Shown here piece by piece: positions 26,893 through 38,946 of a stretch of 50,734 nucleotides of DNA. A model generated the notes under the pieces. That model saw only the letters and a list, made by a program, of their open reading frames with translations. It made no database searches and was not told the origin of the DNA. The translations under genes were made by a program, and so were the position numbers. Every line of letters begins with the position of its first letter. Within the stretch, counting starts at the first letter, position 1. Origin of the DNA: Bilabrum cf. latius (lineage: Eukaryota); assembly GCA_965178125.1 (NCBI GenBank), contig OZ237745.1, positions 1,302,001 to 1,352,734 on the forward strand. The letters are read 5' to 3'.

Positions 26893-29800
26893 ATGCGATT
26901 CTCTCGACATACGCGGCGCGGAAGGGTTTAGCGTGTGTCAAGGGAGAGGTATCTGCGCGATGATATCGGGTGCTTGTCAGAGCTCTGCCCATTGCAAGGC
27001 GGCCTGGAGGCAGAAGAAGACGAAGTCGGAATGGATCCAGAAGCTAATTTTAGTGGGGCTTTCAGCGATAGTCGTACTCACGGGTCTCAAAGGTACGGTC
27101 CTGCATAGGGCAAGCTGCTGTCTGCAAGACCAAAGGACAGGAGGTACATAGTTGTCGATACAAACGTGTGCATCCGGCAAATCGATATGCTGGAGCTAGA
27201 GTGCGATGCACTAGGAGATGTCGTGATTTCACAGTCGGTGGCTGAAGAAGTTCGGCATCGCAACACCGCAGCATGGTCGAGGCTCAAGGCGCTCATTAAC
27301 TCGCAATCCAGGCGATTTGTGTTCTTCCCGAATACCTGCCACTCAGAAACATTTGTGACTAAGCAGCCAAGCGAATCGCCGAATGACTACAATGACCGAT
27401 GCATCCGGCGGGTGTGCAGTTTCTACAACCAGGAACTTGGCAAGCACGGCCTGCAGGCGGTGCTGCTCTCTGACGATCGAGAGTGCAGACGGCTCGCCAA
27501 GGATGAGGGGATCCAGGCAATGTCATCGCACGATTTTGTGAAGCAGTATCAGAAGGAGTACCCCCGTCTTGCAGATCTGCTCGTGCGGGCAGGCTCAGGC
27601 GACGAGCAGGCCGGTGGCCGTGACAGGCCCAGTGCACCTGGCAGGGCAGGCGCGATGTCGACTCAGGGCAAACGGTAGACTCGATTCGACCCTCACTTGG
27701 GGCTGCAGGAGCTCGAGACTGGTTTGAGGTCTGGCTCCCTGCTAGCCGGCAGCTTCCGAGTCAACAGGGAGTGCTGGTTCGAGGGCAATGTGTCGGTCAG
27801 GCTGGGACAGGACGTGGGGCAGCACGCCGCACAGCAAGTTGCAAGAATCGCGGCATAGGAACGATCGGACGGTCGTCCGTCAGCCCCAGCGTCATCGTCA
27901 TCAACAGCAGCAGTTGCTGCAGCTGCTGTGGCCTCTGCATCTGCCAGCGACTTCGTCGGGGGGTCTCGTCTCGCTGATCGACTGGCACGCGCATGGGAAC
28001 TGTCGCGACGCACCAAGGCTGAGTCGGCCTCATCGAAGCCAGTCTCTGTCATGCAAATTCTGGTTCGCGGCTCTCGTGACGTGAATCGAGCCACTGACGG
28101 AGACCAGGTGGCTTTGCGGCTGCTTCCAGTGCAGCAGTGGAAGAAGCAGTCAAGGAAGATCGCAGTTGCACCAGCCACTGGGATTGAGTAGCAAGCGGGA
28201 TCAAGCGAGGCGGATGCGGGGACAGTCGGCGGAGTGGGCGGCAGCTTTGAGCCAGATGCGATGGCTAAGGCAATGCAGGCAGGATTCAAGCCCACTGCGG
28301 AGGTCGTTGGTATCCTCAGGCGAGCTTGGAGGCCTCTCTGCGGATCCATTGAGGAGGATGCTACTGCCGCCGACGGCGGGGGTTCGGCTCGGGATGGAGC
28401 CGTGACTTCGCTGGTGTTCGTACCTGTCGATCCACGGTTTCCTAGAGCCCGCATTCGAACCACATAGGCTGCCTCCCTGGCGGGATAGCGGATTGTTGTT
28501 GGACTGGATGGGTGGCGGTGCACATCCGCGTTTCCTGATGGCCACCTGATCCGTATTGTAGGGCCGATTGGAGACCGTGAGACGGAGACAGAGGTCCTGC
28601 TATTGGAGCACGACATACCCTCCAATGACTTCACAGCTGAGGTGATGGCTTGCCTGCCTCCTCCCACCTGGAATGCAGAAGAAGAGTTCCCGAGCGAAGA
28701 GGCGAAAGGCCGGGTGGATTGCCGCGGTTTGACCGTGTGCTCGATTGACCCACCGGGGTGCAAGGACATCGACGACGCGCTGCATGCCAGGGAGTTGTGG
28801 CTCACCGAGGCCGAAGCAGAGGCCGGTATTGCGTCTTCCAGGCCCACCGTCTAGCTTTGGAGACCAGGTTGCGCCCAGGAGGCTAGGGGGGCATTTGCTA
28901 CTTAGATCGACCGGGACCGTTGCCAGTTGCCAGTTGCCAGGATTCCAGCAAAAGAGTTAGACAGACTAGACCTTGACTCGGATGCACGGTCCGGCACCCT
29001 GCAGCGTTTCCTCGAGCTAGGTGTTCACATCGCAGATGTTACGCACTTTGTGCAGCATAATGCTCCGATTGACATTGAGGCAGCCAAGCGCGGCAACACC
29101 ACCTACTTGACTGAGAGGCGCCTGGACATGCTGCCGAAGCTTCTGACCGAGACACTCTGCAGTCTACGAGATGACGGGCCGCGCTTCTCGTTCTCTGTGA
29201 CGTGGCTCTCAAGACCTGAACCTGTTGCGAGGGGGCTCGCTGACGTCTCTATCGGGCCTCAACCTGCGGGTCAGGCCGGTGCCGCCGTTGCCATCGACAG
29301 CGAGTCGAATGAGCTGCCAGAGTTCAGCTACTCTGTAGTGCGAACTTGCTTCCATAAAAGTATGGTTCTATCGAAGAAGGCGATGACGTATCAGCAGGCG
29401 TATGACAGGCTCATTGGAGAGCGTGCGCGAATTGCTCAGGATCGCGTGGAGGCTCGCAGACTGGCAGCCAGCGACGAATCGCCTGTCCGCCGCCGCCCTG
29501 ATCCACTTGATCAAGGGGTCTCTTGGATCGCCGACGTGGCACGCTTCCTGCGCCGCAAGCGCATCGAAGCGGGTGCGCTCACGCTAGCTAGTCCCGAGGT
29601 GAGGTTCCTGCTGGACAGCGAGACCCACGAGCCCATCACCGTGCAGGCCTATTAGCACAAGGAAACGAATCGCACGGTGGAGGAGTTCATGCTGTGGGCC
29701 AACATCTCTGTCGCTGCTCGAACTACAGAGGTGTACCCGAGGTGTGCGGTCCTTCGCAGGCACCCTGCTCCGCAGCCAGGTGCCTTCGACGGGCTGGTCG

Positions 29801-30735
29801 CTGCTGCCAAGTCCGTTGGCATCGAGCTTGAGACTTCGAGCAGCAAAGCTCTTGCGACAAGCCTTGATGAAGCTGTCAGCAGCGACAATCCTTGGTTGAA
29901 CAAGATTCTCAGGATTCTGGCCACCAGGTGCATGCAGCAGGCCGTATACTTCCCTTCGGGCGAATGCTCGCCGGCGTAGTACCTGCACTACGGACTTGCT
30001 ACTCCCATCTACACCCATTTCACGAGTCCTATTCGAAGGTATGCGGATGTGATGGTCCACAGATTGTTGGCTGGCTGCATCGAACAGGGCATCTTACCTC
30101 ACGAGTACGAAGACCGGTAGTGGATGCGCCGAGTCACTAGCAACCTCAACACCAGGCACTACAACAGCCAGATTGCCGGGCGTGCATCGGCAGCTCTATT
30201 CACGCAGATCTTTTTCGCTGGCAAGCCGAAAGAAGAGGAGGCCCTTGTGCTGCGTGTCCGGCGCAATGGGATCGTGGTTCTCGTGCCGAGCTACGGGCTC
30301 GAGGGGTCAGTGATGCTGGTTTGCCCCAGGAAGTACAGGGACACAGATGCAGAGAAGCAGTGGGCAGTTCACGAAGAGTCAGAGCTGGAGCTGAATACTG
30401 AAGCTACTTCTTTGACTTTCACCCCATCTAGTACTAGTGCAGCCAGTGGTGCAAGCGATGTGGCCAAGGCACCGGTCACGATAAAGCTATTTGACAAGGT
30501 CAGGATATTGCTGTCAGTGTAGGAAAGGGACAGGGCGCGGTAGAGGCATGAACTGACGTACCGGCTGGTGGACCCTCCGCTTCATGCCCGGGAGGATAGC
30601 GATTCTGCGATTGTCGGTAGCAAGCGGGTTGCACCAGAGCCTCCAAGCGGGAGCGTGCAGTAGGCGGGTAGTTCAGCGACGGCAGCCACTTCAAAGCAAT
30701 CGAGCGGATCGAGGGCCAAGAAGAGACGCCGATGA
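26893..30735 (+). CDS. DIS3: Exosome catalytic subunit DIS3/RRP44 (PIN + RNB), about 1280 aa
   Basis: [11 protein letters not shown], the PIN motif [63 protein letters not shown] and [28 protein letters not shown]. One frame with many TAGs; ends in TGA at 30733. Confidence 0.97.
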
Positions 30736-30827
30736 TGCTGCGTTCATTTTATGCCCATGCAGGGATACTTACACACACATTTCTGTAGAAATACTGTTAC
30801 GTGCCCTTCGCAATGCATCCATCGAGC

Positions 30828-31104
30828 ACCCACGGTCACACCCACTGCCCATCCAGCGCACCCCCTGCCCACCCACGGTCACACCCACTGCCCATCCAGC
30901 GCGCCCCCTGCCCACCCACGGTCACACCCACTGCCCATCCAGCGCACCCCCTGCCCACCCACGGTCACACCCACTGCCCATCCAGCGCACCCCCTGCCCA
31001 CCCACGGTCACACCCACTGCCCATCCAGCGCACCCCCTGCCCACCCACGGTCACACCCACTGCCCATCCAGCGCACCCCCTGCCCACCCACGGTCACACC
31101 CACT
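30828..31104. repeat. 43-bp C-rich subtelomeric minisatellite, about 6.4 copies
   Basis: Unit ACCCACGGTCACACCCACTGCCCATCCAGCGCACCCCCTGCCC at 30828, 30871, 30914, 30957, 31000 and 31043, with a partial copy at 31086. Confidence 0.95.
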
Positions 31105-31664
31105 TTTTAGGGGTTTTACTTAGGGTTTAGGTTAGGGTTAGGGTTAGGGTTAGGGTTAGGGTTAGGGTTAGGGTTAGGGTTAGGGTTAGGGTTAGGGTTA
31201 GGGTTAGGGTTAGGGTTAGGGTTAGGGTTAGGGTTAGGGTTAGGGTTAGGGTTAGGGTTAGGGTTAGGGTTAGGGTTAGGGTTAGGGTTAGGGTTAGGGT
31301 TAGGGTTAGGGTTAGGGTTAGGGTTAGGGTTAGGGTTAGGGTTAGGGTTAGGGTTAGGGTTAGGGTTAGGGTTAGGGTTAGGGTTAGGGTTAGGGTAGGG
31401 TTAGGGTTAGGGTTAGGGTTAGGGTTAGGGTTAGGGTTAGGGTTAGGGTTAGGGTTAGGGTTAGGGTTAGGGTTAGGGTTAGGGTTAGGGTTAGGGTTAG
31501 GGTTAGGGTTAGGGTTAGGGTTAGGGTTAGGGTTAGGGTTAGGGTTAGGGTTAGGGTTAGGGTTAGGGTTAGGGTTAGGGTTAGGGTTAGGGTTAGGGTT
31601 AGGGTTAGGGTTAGGGTTAGGGTTAGGGTTAGGGTTAGGGTTAGGGTTAGGGTTAGGGTTAGGG
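31105..31664 (+). repeat. Telomeric tract 1, (TTAGGG)n, about 560 bp with degenerate start
   Basis: Direct reading; begins TTTTAGGGGTTTTACTTAGGGTTTAGG. Confidence 0.98.
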
Positions 31665-31725
31665 TATCTATTATAAAGTCAGGGACAGGGTCGGGGAAAA
31701 ATATTTTCATCTTCACTTTTTGACA

Positions 31726-33531
31726 AAATCCTGCGGGATACGATCTCGGCAACCACAGGAGATATGAAGACCGTTCAAATTGCGTTGGGACGGCCTAGGG
31801 CCACATCATTGGCCAAATGTTCCTCAGGTTCCGCTTTTGACGCGCGGCGCCAATATTGGGCCTTGAAGATTTTCATGCTGAAATCCTGCGGGATACGATC
31901 TCGGCAACCACAGGAGATATGAAGACCGTTCAAATTGCGTTGGGACGGCCTAGGGCCACAACATTGGCCAAATGTTCCTCAGGTTCCGCTTTTGACGCGC
32001 GGCGCCAATATTGGGCCTTGAAGATTTTCATGCTGAAATCCTGCGGGATACGATCTCGGCAACCACAGGAGATATGAAGACCGTTCAAATTGCGTTGGGA
32101 CGGCCTAGGGCCACAACATTGGCCAAATGTTCCTCAGGTTCCGCTTTTGACGCGCGGCGCCAATATTGGGCCTTGAAGATTTTCATGCTGAAATCCTGCG
32201 GGATACGATCTCGGCAACCACAGGAGATATGAAGACCGTTAAAATTGCATTGGGACGGCCTAGAGCCACATCATTGGCCAAATGTTCCTCAGGTTCCGCT
32301 TTTGACGCGCGGCGCCAATATTGGGCCTTGAAGATTTTCATGCTGAAATCCTGCGGGATACGATCTCGGCAACCACAGGAGATATGAAGACCGTTCAAAT
32401 TGCGTTGGGACGGCCTAGGGCCACATCATTGGCCAAATGTTCCTCAGGTTCCGCTTTTGACGCGCGGCGCCAATATTGGGCCTTGAAGATTTTCATGCTG
32501 AAATCCTGCGGGATACGATCTCGGCAACCACAGGAGATATGAAGACCGTTCAAATTGCGTTGGGACGGCCTAGAGCCACATCATTGGCCAAATGTTCCTC
32601 AGGTTCCGCTTTTGACGCGCGGCGCCAATATTGGGCCTTGAAGATTTTCATGCTGAAATCCTGCGGGATACGATCTCGGCAACCACAGGAGATATGAAGA
32701 CCGTTCAAATTGCGTTGGGACGGCCTAGGGCCACATCATTGGCCAAATGTTCCTCAGGTTCCGCTTTTGACGCGCGGCGCCAATATTGGGCCTTGAAGAT
32801 TTTCATGCTGAAATCCTGCGGGATACGATCTCGGCAACCACAGGAGATATGAAGACCGTTCAAATTGCGTTGGGACGGCCTAGAGCCACATCATTGGCCA
32901 AATGTTCCTCAGGTTCCGCTTTTGACGCGCGGCGCCAATATTGGGCCTTGAAGATTTTCATGCTGAAATCCTGCGGGATACGATCTCGGCAACCACAGGA
33001 GATATGAAGACCGTTCAAATTGCGTTGGGACGGCCTAGGGCCACAACATTGGCCAAATGTTCCTCAGGTTCCGCTTTTGACGCGCAGCGCCAATATTGGG
33101 CCTTGAAGATTTTCATGCTGAAATCCTGCGGGATACGATCTCGGCAACCACAGGAGATATGAAGACCGTTCAAATTGCGTTGGGACGGCCTAGGGCCACA
33201 TCATTGGCCAAATGTTCCTCAGGTTCCGCTTTTGACGCGCGGCGCCAATATTGGGCCTTGAAGATTTTCATGCTGAAATCCTGCGGGATACGATCTCGGC
33301 AACCACAGGAGATATGAAGACCGTTAAAATTGCATTGGGACGGCCTAGGGCCACAACATTGGCCAAATGTTCCTCAGGTTCCGCTTTTGACGCACGGCGC
33401 CAATATTGGGCCTTGAAGATTTTCATGCTGAAATCCTGCGGGATACGATCTCGGCAACCACAGGAGATATGAAGACCGTTCAAATTGCGTTGGGACGGCC
33501 TAGGGCCACAACATTGGCCAAATGTTCCTCA
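31726..33531. repeat. 155-bp tandem repeat, subfamily A, about 11.6 copies
   Basis: CGATCTCGGCAACCACAGGAGATATGAAGACCG recurs every 155 bp from 31741 to 33446. Confidence 0.97.
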
Positions 33532-33570
33532 GATTCATTGTACTTCATTCAGTGCAAGTATGGCGTATTG

Positions 33571-36266
33571 AAACCTACTCGGGGGAGGTTTCAAAACCTA
33601 CCCAGGGCGGTTTCAAAACCTACCCAGGGCGGTTTCAAAACCTACCCAGGGCGGTTTCAAAACCTACCCAGGGCGGTTTCAAAACCTACCCAGGGCGGTT
33701 TCAAAACCTACCCAGGGCGGTTTCAAAACCTACCCAGGGCGGTTTCAAAACCTACCCAGGGCGGTTTCAAAACCTACCCAGGGCGGTTTCAAAACCTACC
33801 CAGGGCGGTTTCAAAACCTACCCAGGGCGGTTTCAAAACCTACCCAGGGCGGTTTCAAAACCTACCCAGGGCGGTTTCAAAACCTACCCAGGGCGGTTTC
33901 AAAACCTACCCAGGGCGGTTTCAAAACCTACCCAGGGCGGTTTCAAAACCTACCCAGGGCGGTTTCAAAACCTACCCAGGGCGGTTTCAAAACCTACCCA
34001 GGGCGGTTTCAAAACCTACCCAGGGCGGTTTCAAAACCTACCCAGGGCGGTTTCAAAACCTACCCAGGGCGGTTTCAAAACCTACCCAGGGCGGTTTCAA
34101 AACCTACCCAGGGCGGTTTCAAAACCTACCCAGGGCGGTTTCAAAACCTACCCAGGGCGGTTTCAAAACCTACCCAGGGCGGTTTCAAAACCTACCCAGG
34201 GCGGTTTCAAAACCTACCCAGGGCGGTTTCAAAACCTACCCAGGGCGGTTTCAAAACCTACCCAGGGCGGTTTCAAAACCTACCCAGGGCGGTTTCAAAA
34301 CCTACCCAGGGCGGTTTCAAAACCTACCCAGGGCGGTTTCAAAACCTACCCAGGGCGGTTTCAAAACCTACCCAGGGCGGTTTCAAAACCTACCCAGGGC
34401 GGTTTCAAAACCTACCCAGGGCGGTTTCAAAACCTACCCAGGGCGGTTTCAAAACCTACCCAGGGCGGTTTCAAAACCTACCCAGGGCGGTTTCAAAACC
34501 TACCCAGGGCGGTTTCAAAACCTACCCAGGGCGGTTTCAAAACCTACCCAGGGAGGTTTCAAAACCTACCCAGGGCGGTTTCAAAACCTACCCAGGGCGG
34601 TTTCAAAACCTACCCAGGGCGGTTTCAAAACCTACCCAGGGCGGTTTCAAAACCTACCCAGGGCGGTTTCAAAACCTACCCAGGGCGGTTTCAAAACCTA
34701 CCCAGGGCGGTTTCAAAACCTACCCAGGGCGGTTTCAAAACCTACCCAGGGCGGTTTCAAAACCTACCCAGGGCGGTTTCAAAACCTACCCAGGGCGGTT
34801 TCAAAACCTACCCAGGGCGGTTTCAAAACCTACCCAGGGCGGTTTCAAAACCTACCCAGGGCGGTTTCGAAACCTACCCAGGGCGGTTTCAAAACCTACC
34901 CAGGGCGGTTTCAAAACCTACCCAGGGCGGTTTCAAAACCTACCCAGGGCGGTTTCAAAACCTACCCAGGGCGGTTTCAAAACCTACCCAGGGCGGTTTC
35001 AAAACCTACCCAGGGCGGTTTCAAAACCTACCCAGGGCGGTTTCAAAACCTACCCAGGGCGGTTTCAAAACCTACCCAGGGCGGTTTCAAAACCTACCCA
35101 GGGCGGTTTCAAAACCTACCCAGGGCGGTTTCAAAACCTACCCAGGGCGGTTTCAAAACCTACCCAGGGCGGTTTCAAAACCTACCCAGGGCGGTTTCAA
35201 AACCTACCCAGGGCGGTTTCAAAACCTACCCAGGGCGGTTTCAAAACCTACCCAGGGCGGTTTCAAAACCTACCCAGGGCGGTTTCAAAACCTACCCAGG
35301 GCGGTTTCAAAACCTACCCAGGGCGGTTTCAAAACCTACCCAGGGAGGTTTCAAAACCTACCCAGGGAGGTTTCAAAACCTACCCAGGGCGGTTTCAAAA
35401 CCTACCCAGGGCGGTTTCAAAACCTACCCAGGGCGGTTTCAAAACCTACCCAGGGCGGTTTCAAAACCTACCCAGGGCGGTTTCAAAACCTACCCAGGGC
35501 GGTTTCAAAACCTACCCAGGGCGGTTTCAAAACCTACCCAGGGCGGTTTCAAAACCTACCCAGGGCGGTTTCAAAACCTACCCAGGGCGGTTTCAAAACC
35601 TACCCAGGGCGGTTTCAAAACCTACCCAGGGCGGTTTCAAAACCTACCCAGGGCGGTTTCAAAACCTACCCAGGGCGGTTTCAAAACCTACCCAGGGCGG
35701 TTTCAAAACCTACCCAGGGAGGTTTCAAAACCTACCCAGGGAGGTTTCAAAACCTACCCAGGGAGGTTTCAAAACCTACCCAGGGAGGTTTCAAAACCTA
35801 CCCAGGGAGGTTTCAAAACCTACCCAGGGAGGTTTCAAAACCTACCCAGGGAGGTTTCAAAACCTACCCAGGGCGGTTTCAAAACCTACCCAGGGCGGTT
35901 TCAAAACCTACCCAGGGCGGTTTCAAAACCTACCCAGGGCGGTTTCAAAACCTACCCAGGGCGGTTTCAAAACCTACCCAGGGCGGTTTCAAAACCTACC
36001 CAGGGCGGTTTCAAAACCTACCCAGGGCGGTTTCAAAACCTACCCAGGGAGGTTTCAAAACCTACCCAGGGAGGTTTCAAAACCTACCCAGGGAGGTTTC
36101 AAAACCTACCCAGGGAGGTTTCAAAACCTACCCAGGGAGGTTTCAAAACCTACCCAGGGAGGTTTCAAAACCTACCCAGGGAGGTTTCAAAACCTACCCA
36201 GGGAGGTTTCAAAACCTACCCAGGGAGGTTTCAAAACCTACCCAGGGAGGTTTGAAACCTACCCTA
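33571..36266. repeat. 22-bp tandem repeat GGTTTCAAAACCTACCCAGGG(C/A), about 120 copies
   Basis: Direct reading; nearly homogeneous. Confidence 0.98.
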
Positions 36267-36530
36267 GGTGTGGGTTTGGGAATCCAGTGGTTATTGACCG
36301 ATATTCAATGTTGTGGCTCGTTCTACGTAGCCATATGTATGCGTTAACCTCCTTGGTCGATACATCGCTTTGACATCAGGTATTCGTTGGCTTATAGTCA
36401 AGACTAAATAGATTGCGTCCTGGCTCCTACTATCCCGTCCTAACGGGTCACTGGCTGGCACTCTGGCAAGCTCCTCTCACAAGCTGGCCCAGCTGCCACT
36501 GACCTCAATTGGTATCCGCCTGGCTGCTTT

Positions 36531-38066
36531 TCACTCGTTATCGGAGGAGGGTTCCGCATCGACAGCTGCCAGGAGCGCCTCAACAGCGTCCACGTCTGCT
36601 GCATTGAGATCTCCTTCCGCCGTCTTCTCGAGGGCCGTCATCAGGCCTACGAGCGTGCCCAACCCGTCGTCCCTCTCTTGAATTGTTTCCTGCACGTCCT
36701 CGAGCATGTCGTCGAGAGTTCGGCTGACGCCCAGCGCTATGTCATCGCAGGCAGCGAGGATGCGGTCCACCAGGTGCCGCTGCTAGTCGGTGAAGCCGTT
36801 GTCATCCACTCCACCGTCGTTCTCAGAGTCGTCTTGCTGGTTCTGGGCCTCGTTCTCTTCTTCCTCATCCAGCTCGTCCTGATCCTCCTCGTCCTGCTGC
36901 ACGAGTTCTATCGGAGCCTCATCCTCGTCCTCTTCATCGGCTGCGTCTGCGTGGTATCGATCACCGATCTCCTCTTCATCCTCCTCAGAGTCCTGTCGAG
37001 GCAGTGATGCTGCTGCTCCACTCCTTGCGCCTCTTGCTCCCCTCTTGTCCTGGCCAACGGCGTGGCGAGCTCCTCCGCCATAGCCCGGTTGGAGAATGGG
37101 CGATCGCTTGTGCTGTATCTTAGCCCGAGGTGCCGCTTCAGTCGCCTTCCTGCGCTCCGGTTCTGCCGGTTGCGCACCTTCATCCCTCGGCTTTCCCTTT
37201 GACTTTCCCTTTGACTTGCCCGCGGCCTTGGTCCTGGCCTTCAATTTGGCCTTTGCCTTTTCCCTGGCCTTGGCCTCCGCTCTCCGCTTGGGGCCGAGTA
37301 GGTCGTTGTTCAGTCGCTCGGTCTATGAGTCGCTGGACTCTGAGCCGTCTGAATCTTGCTCGCCTCGTTTCCTCTGGGCCTTGTAGGCACTGTGGTCCGC
37401 GACACCGTCGTCGGGGTCGTCCTCGTCGTCGTCGACCATGGCACTCCGTTTGTCCTTGCCAGCACGGGGTGCTCCACTCGGCGAAGCAGCAGCGGCTCCC
37501 GCAGAAGCATCTTGGTCCCCTGCGGCTGCCGCGGCAGAGTCCTTGACTGCCATGTCAAACACGTCTTGGAACACAGCCTGCATGCCTCCACGCGCACGCA
37601 CAGAGGCTTTCCCAGCTCCGTAGTCGCAGACGAACTTGATCGCGGTCTTGTAGTTCCTCCGCAAGCCATCCATGCCTGCCTTGAACCAAGGATTGTGGCT
37701 GGTAGAGTAGCCGCTGTCGCGCAGGCCCATGAGCATCTAATTCATCTTGCGGTAGCCTGGCGAGCTGGTGCCGCTAGTTGATGCAGCCGGATATAGGCGG
37801 TGACTCAGCACCTTCAGCATGTCAGGCGGCAGATCGGACTCATTCAGGTCCAGCATGGCATCCACGCAGGCTTTGATGCCCTCTTTCTTGGTCCCCTAGT
37901 AGTGCTCGGTAGACCCGCAGAGTAACCCGCAATCTTGGTGGAGGCCCACGAGGGAGATCAGCAGGACTTGCTTGGCAGCAGACGTGCTGACGCCTGAAGC
38001 CAGGGCAGCCACGACGGGGCGGGAGGCCTTGGTGTGCTTGACGCTGTAGCTCTTTGCGGCGGCCAT
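36531..38066 (-). CDS. Element-encoded unknown protein (about 511 aa; globular N-terminus, basic and acidic tracts, helical C-terminus)
   Basis: ORFs ending at 37896, 37323 and 36783 plus 36531-36770 share one frame, joined by four TAGs (37896, 37737, 37323, 36783); ends in TGA. Alternative upstream in-frame ATG at 38228. Confidence 0.75.
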
Positions 38067-38291
38067 AGTACTCTGCGGTGCTGGGGGAACACGGGTAAGG
38101 CCACGAACAGGCGCTTGGATGCGGCAGCGAACACGGACATGAGACCCAGGGAGTCTCCAGGGCAAGCTCGAGGGCAAAGAAAAAGAAGGCCACGACCCCG
38201 CGCACTCGGTCTCAGACCCGGGACCCATGATGTTAGGTCGATCCCCCAGTCGTGGGGGGGCGGACCCCAGCCCAGAAAAAAATTAAAAAAG

Positions 38292-38373
38292 ATCGCCCCA
38301 ACGGGAATCGAACCTCGGGGGTAGGCCTGGGTGCGATTACCAACCGTACGCAATACCACTACACCACCACAGC
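38292..38373 (-). other. tRNA-like sequence / Pol III type-2 internal promoter (degenerate; not a functional tRNA as folded by eye)
   Basis: The minus strand has A-box TGGTGTAGTGG (38356-38366), B-box GGTTCGATTCC (38304-38314) and T6/T7 tracts immediately downstream. The acceptor and T stems pair poorly. Confidence 0.55.
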
Positions 38374-38946
38374 AACCCACGCGAAACCGAAAAAAAATAC
38401 AGATTCGCATCAAAAGTGCACGCAACTTGCACTTGTCACGCCGAAACCTACCCGTTCACCCAACGAGCAGCGCGAAATCAGAAACACTCATATTGCGCTC
38501 CTTGTATTCAATTGCAGAGGCGCATACTTGGCATATAGCTACTATAGCATATTGTGCATACAACCCTAAAGCAAACGTGAGTCAAATCGATGGGGTATGC
38601 GTGGGGATTGCCTTGCGCAATGCGCTTGCTGCAACGTGGTTCAGACGTTTGGCTCAATTGCGCGACGGCAAGCACTCGTTGGAACTAATCTCGCGCATAT
38701 TATCAAATAATATAACATACTGCAAACAATTGCGCGGCGATATATAGGCTGCGCGCCCAATGCTCACTTTGCTTGCGGCAGGTGTGCTGCGACAACATTT
38801 GTGGTGGCCCGGATCAGGTTGCGGAACCTGATGCGCGGCACCGCCGTGACGAGTGCGCCACCAGGGAACAACGCATCGTACCATCATACTAATCACATCC
38901 CAAGTATATTATATATCCTTGTGGCATCTCTGTCCGCAGTCTGGTC

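Noticed and set aside
1-30735. Genes are pseudogenes with nonsense mutations
   Set aside because: All interruptions are TAG, with no frameshifts and no internal TAA/TGA, in essential genes with intact catalytic motifs.
31390-31752. (LT)n and (RV)n ORFs over telomeric tracts and the 70-125 aa ORFs in the 155-, 167- and 410-bp repeats
   Set aside because: Translations of repeats with no independent coding evidence.
31821-31827. Hammerhead ribozyme core (CUGAGGA on the minus strand) in the 155-bp repeat, as in Penelope/Terminon repeats
   Set aside because: No correctly placed GAAA after stem II, and the motif is CUGGGGA in subfamilies B and C.
31726-36266. CRISPR array
   Set aside because: Contiguous tandem units with no unique spacers, no cas genes and a eukaryotic context.
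33406-36347. 949-aa and 941-aa repetitive ORFs
   Set aside because: Artefact of a stop-free 22-bp satellite read through all three frames.
38292-38373. The suppressor tRNA-Gln(CUA) that explains the code
   Set aside because: The acceptor and T stems do not pair, and the best anticodon loop reads GGT, not CTA.
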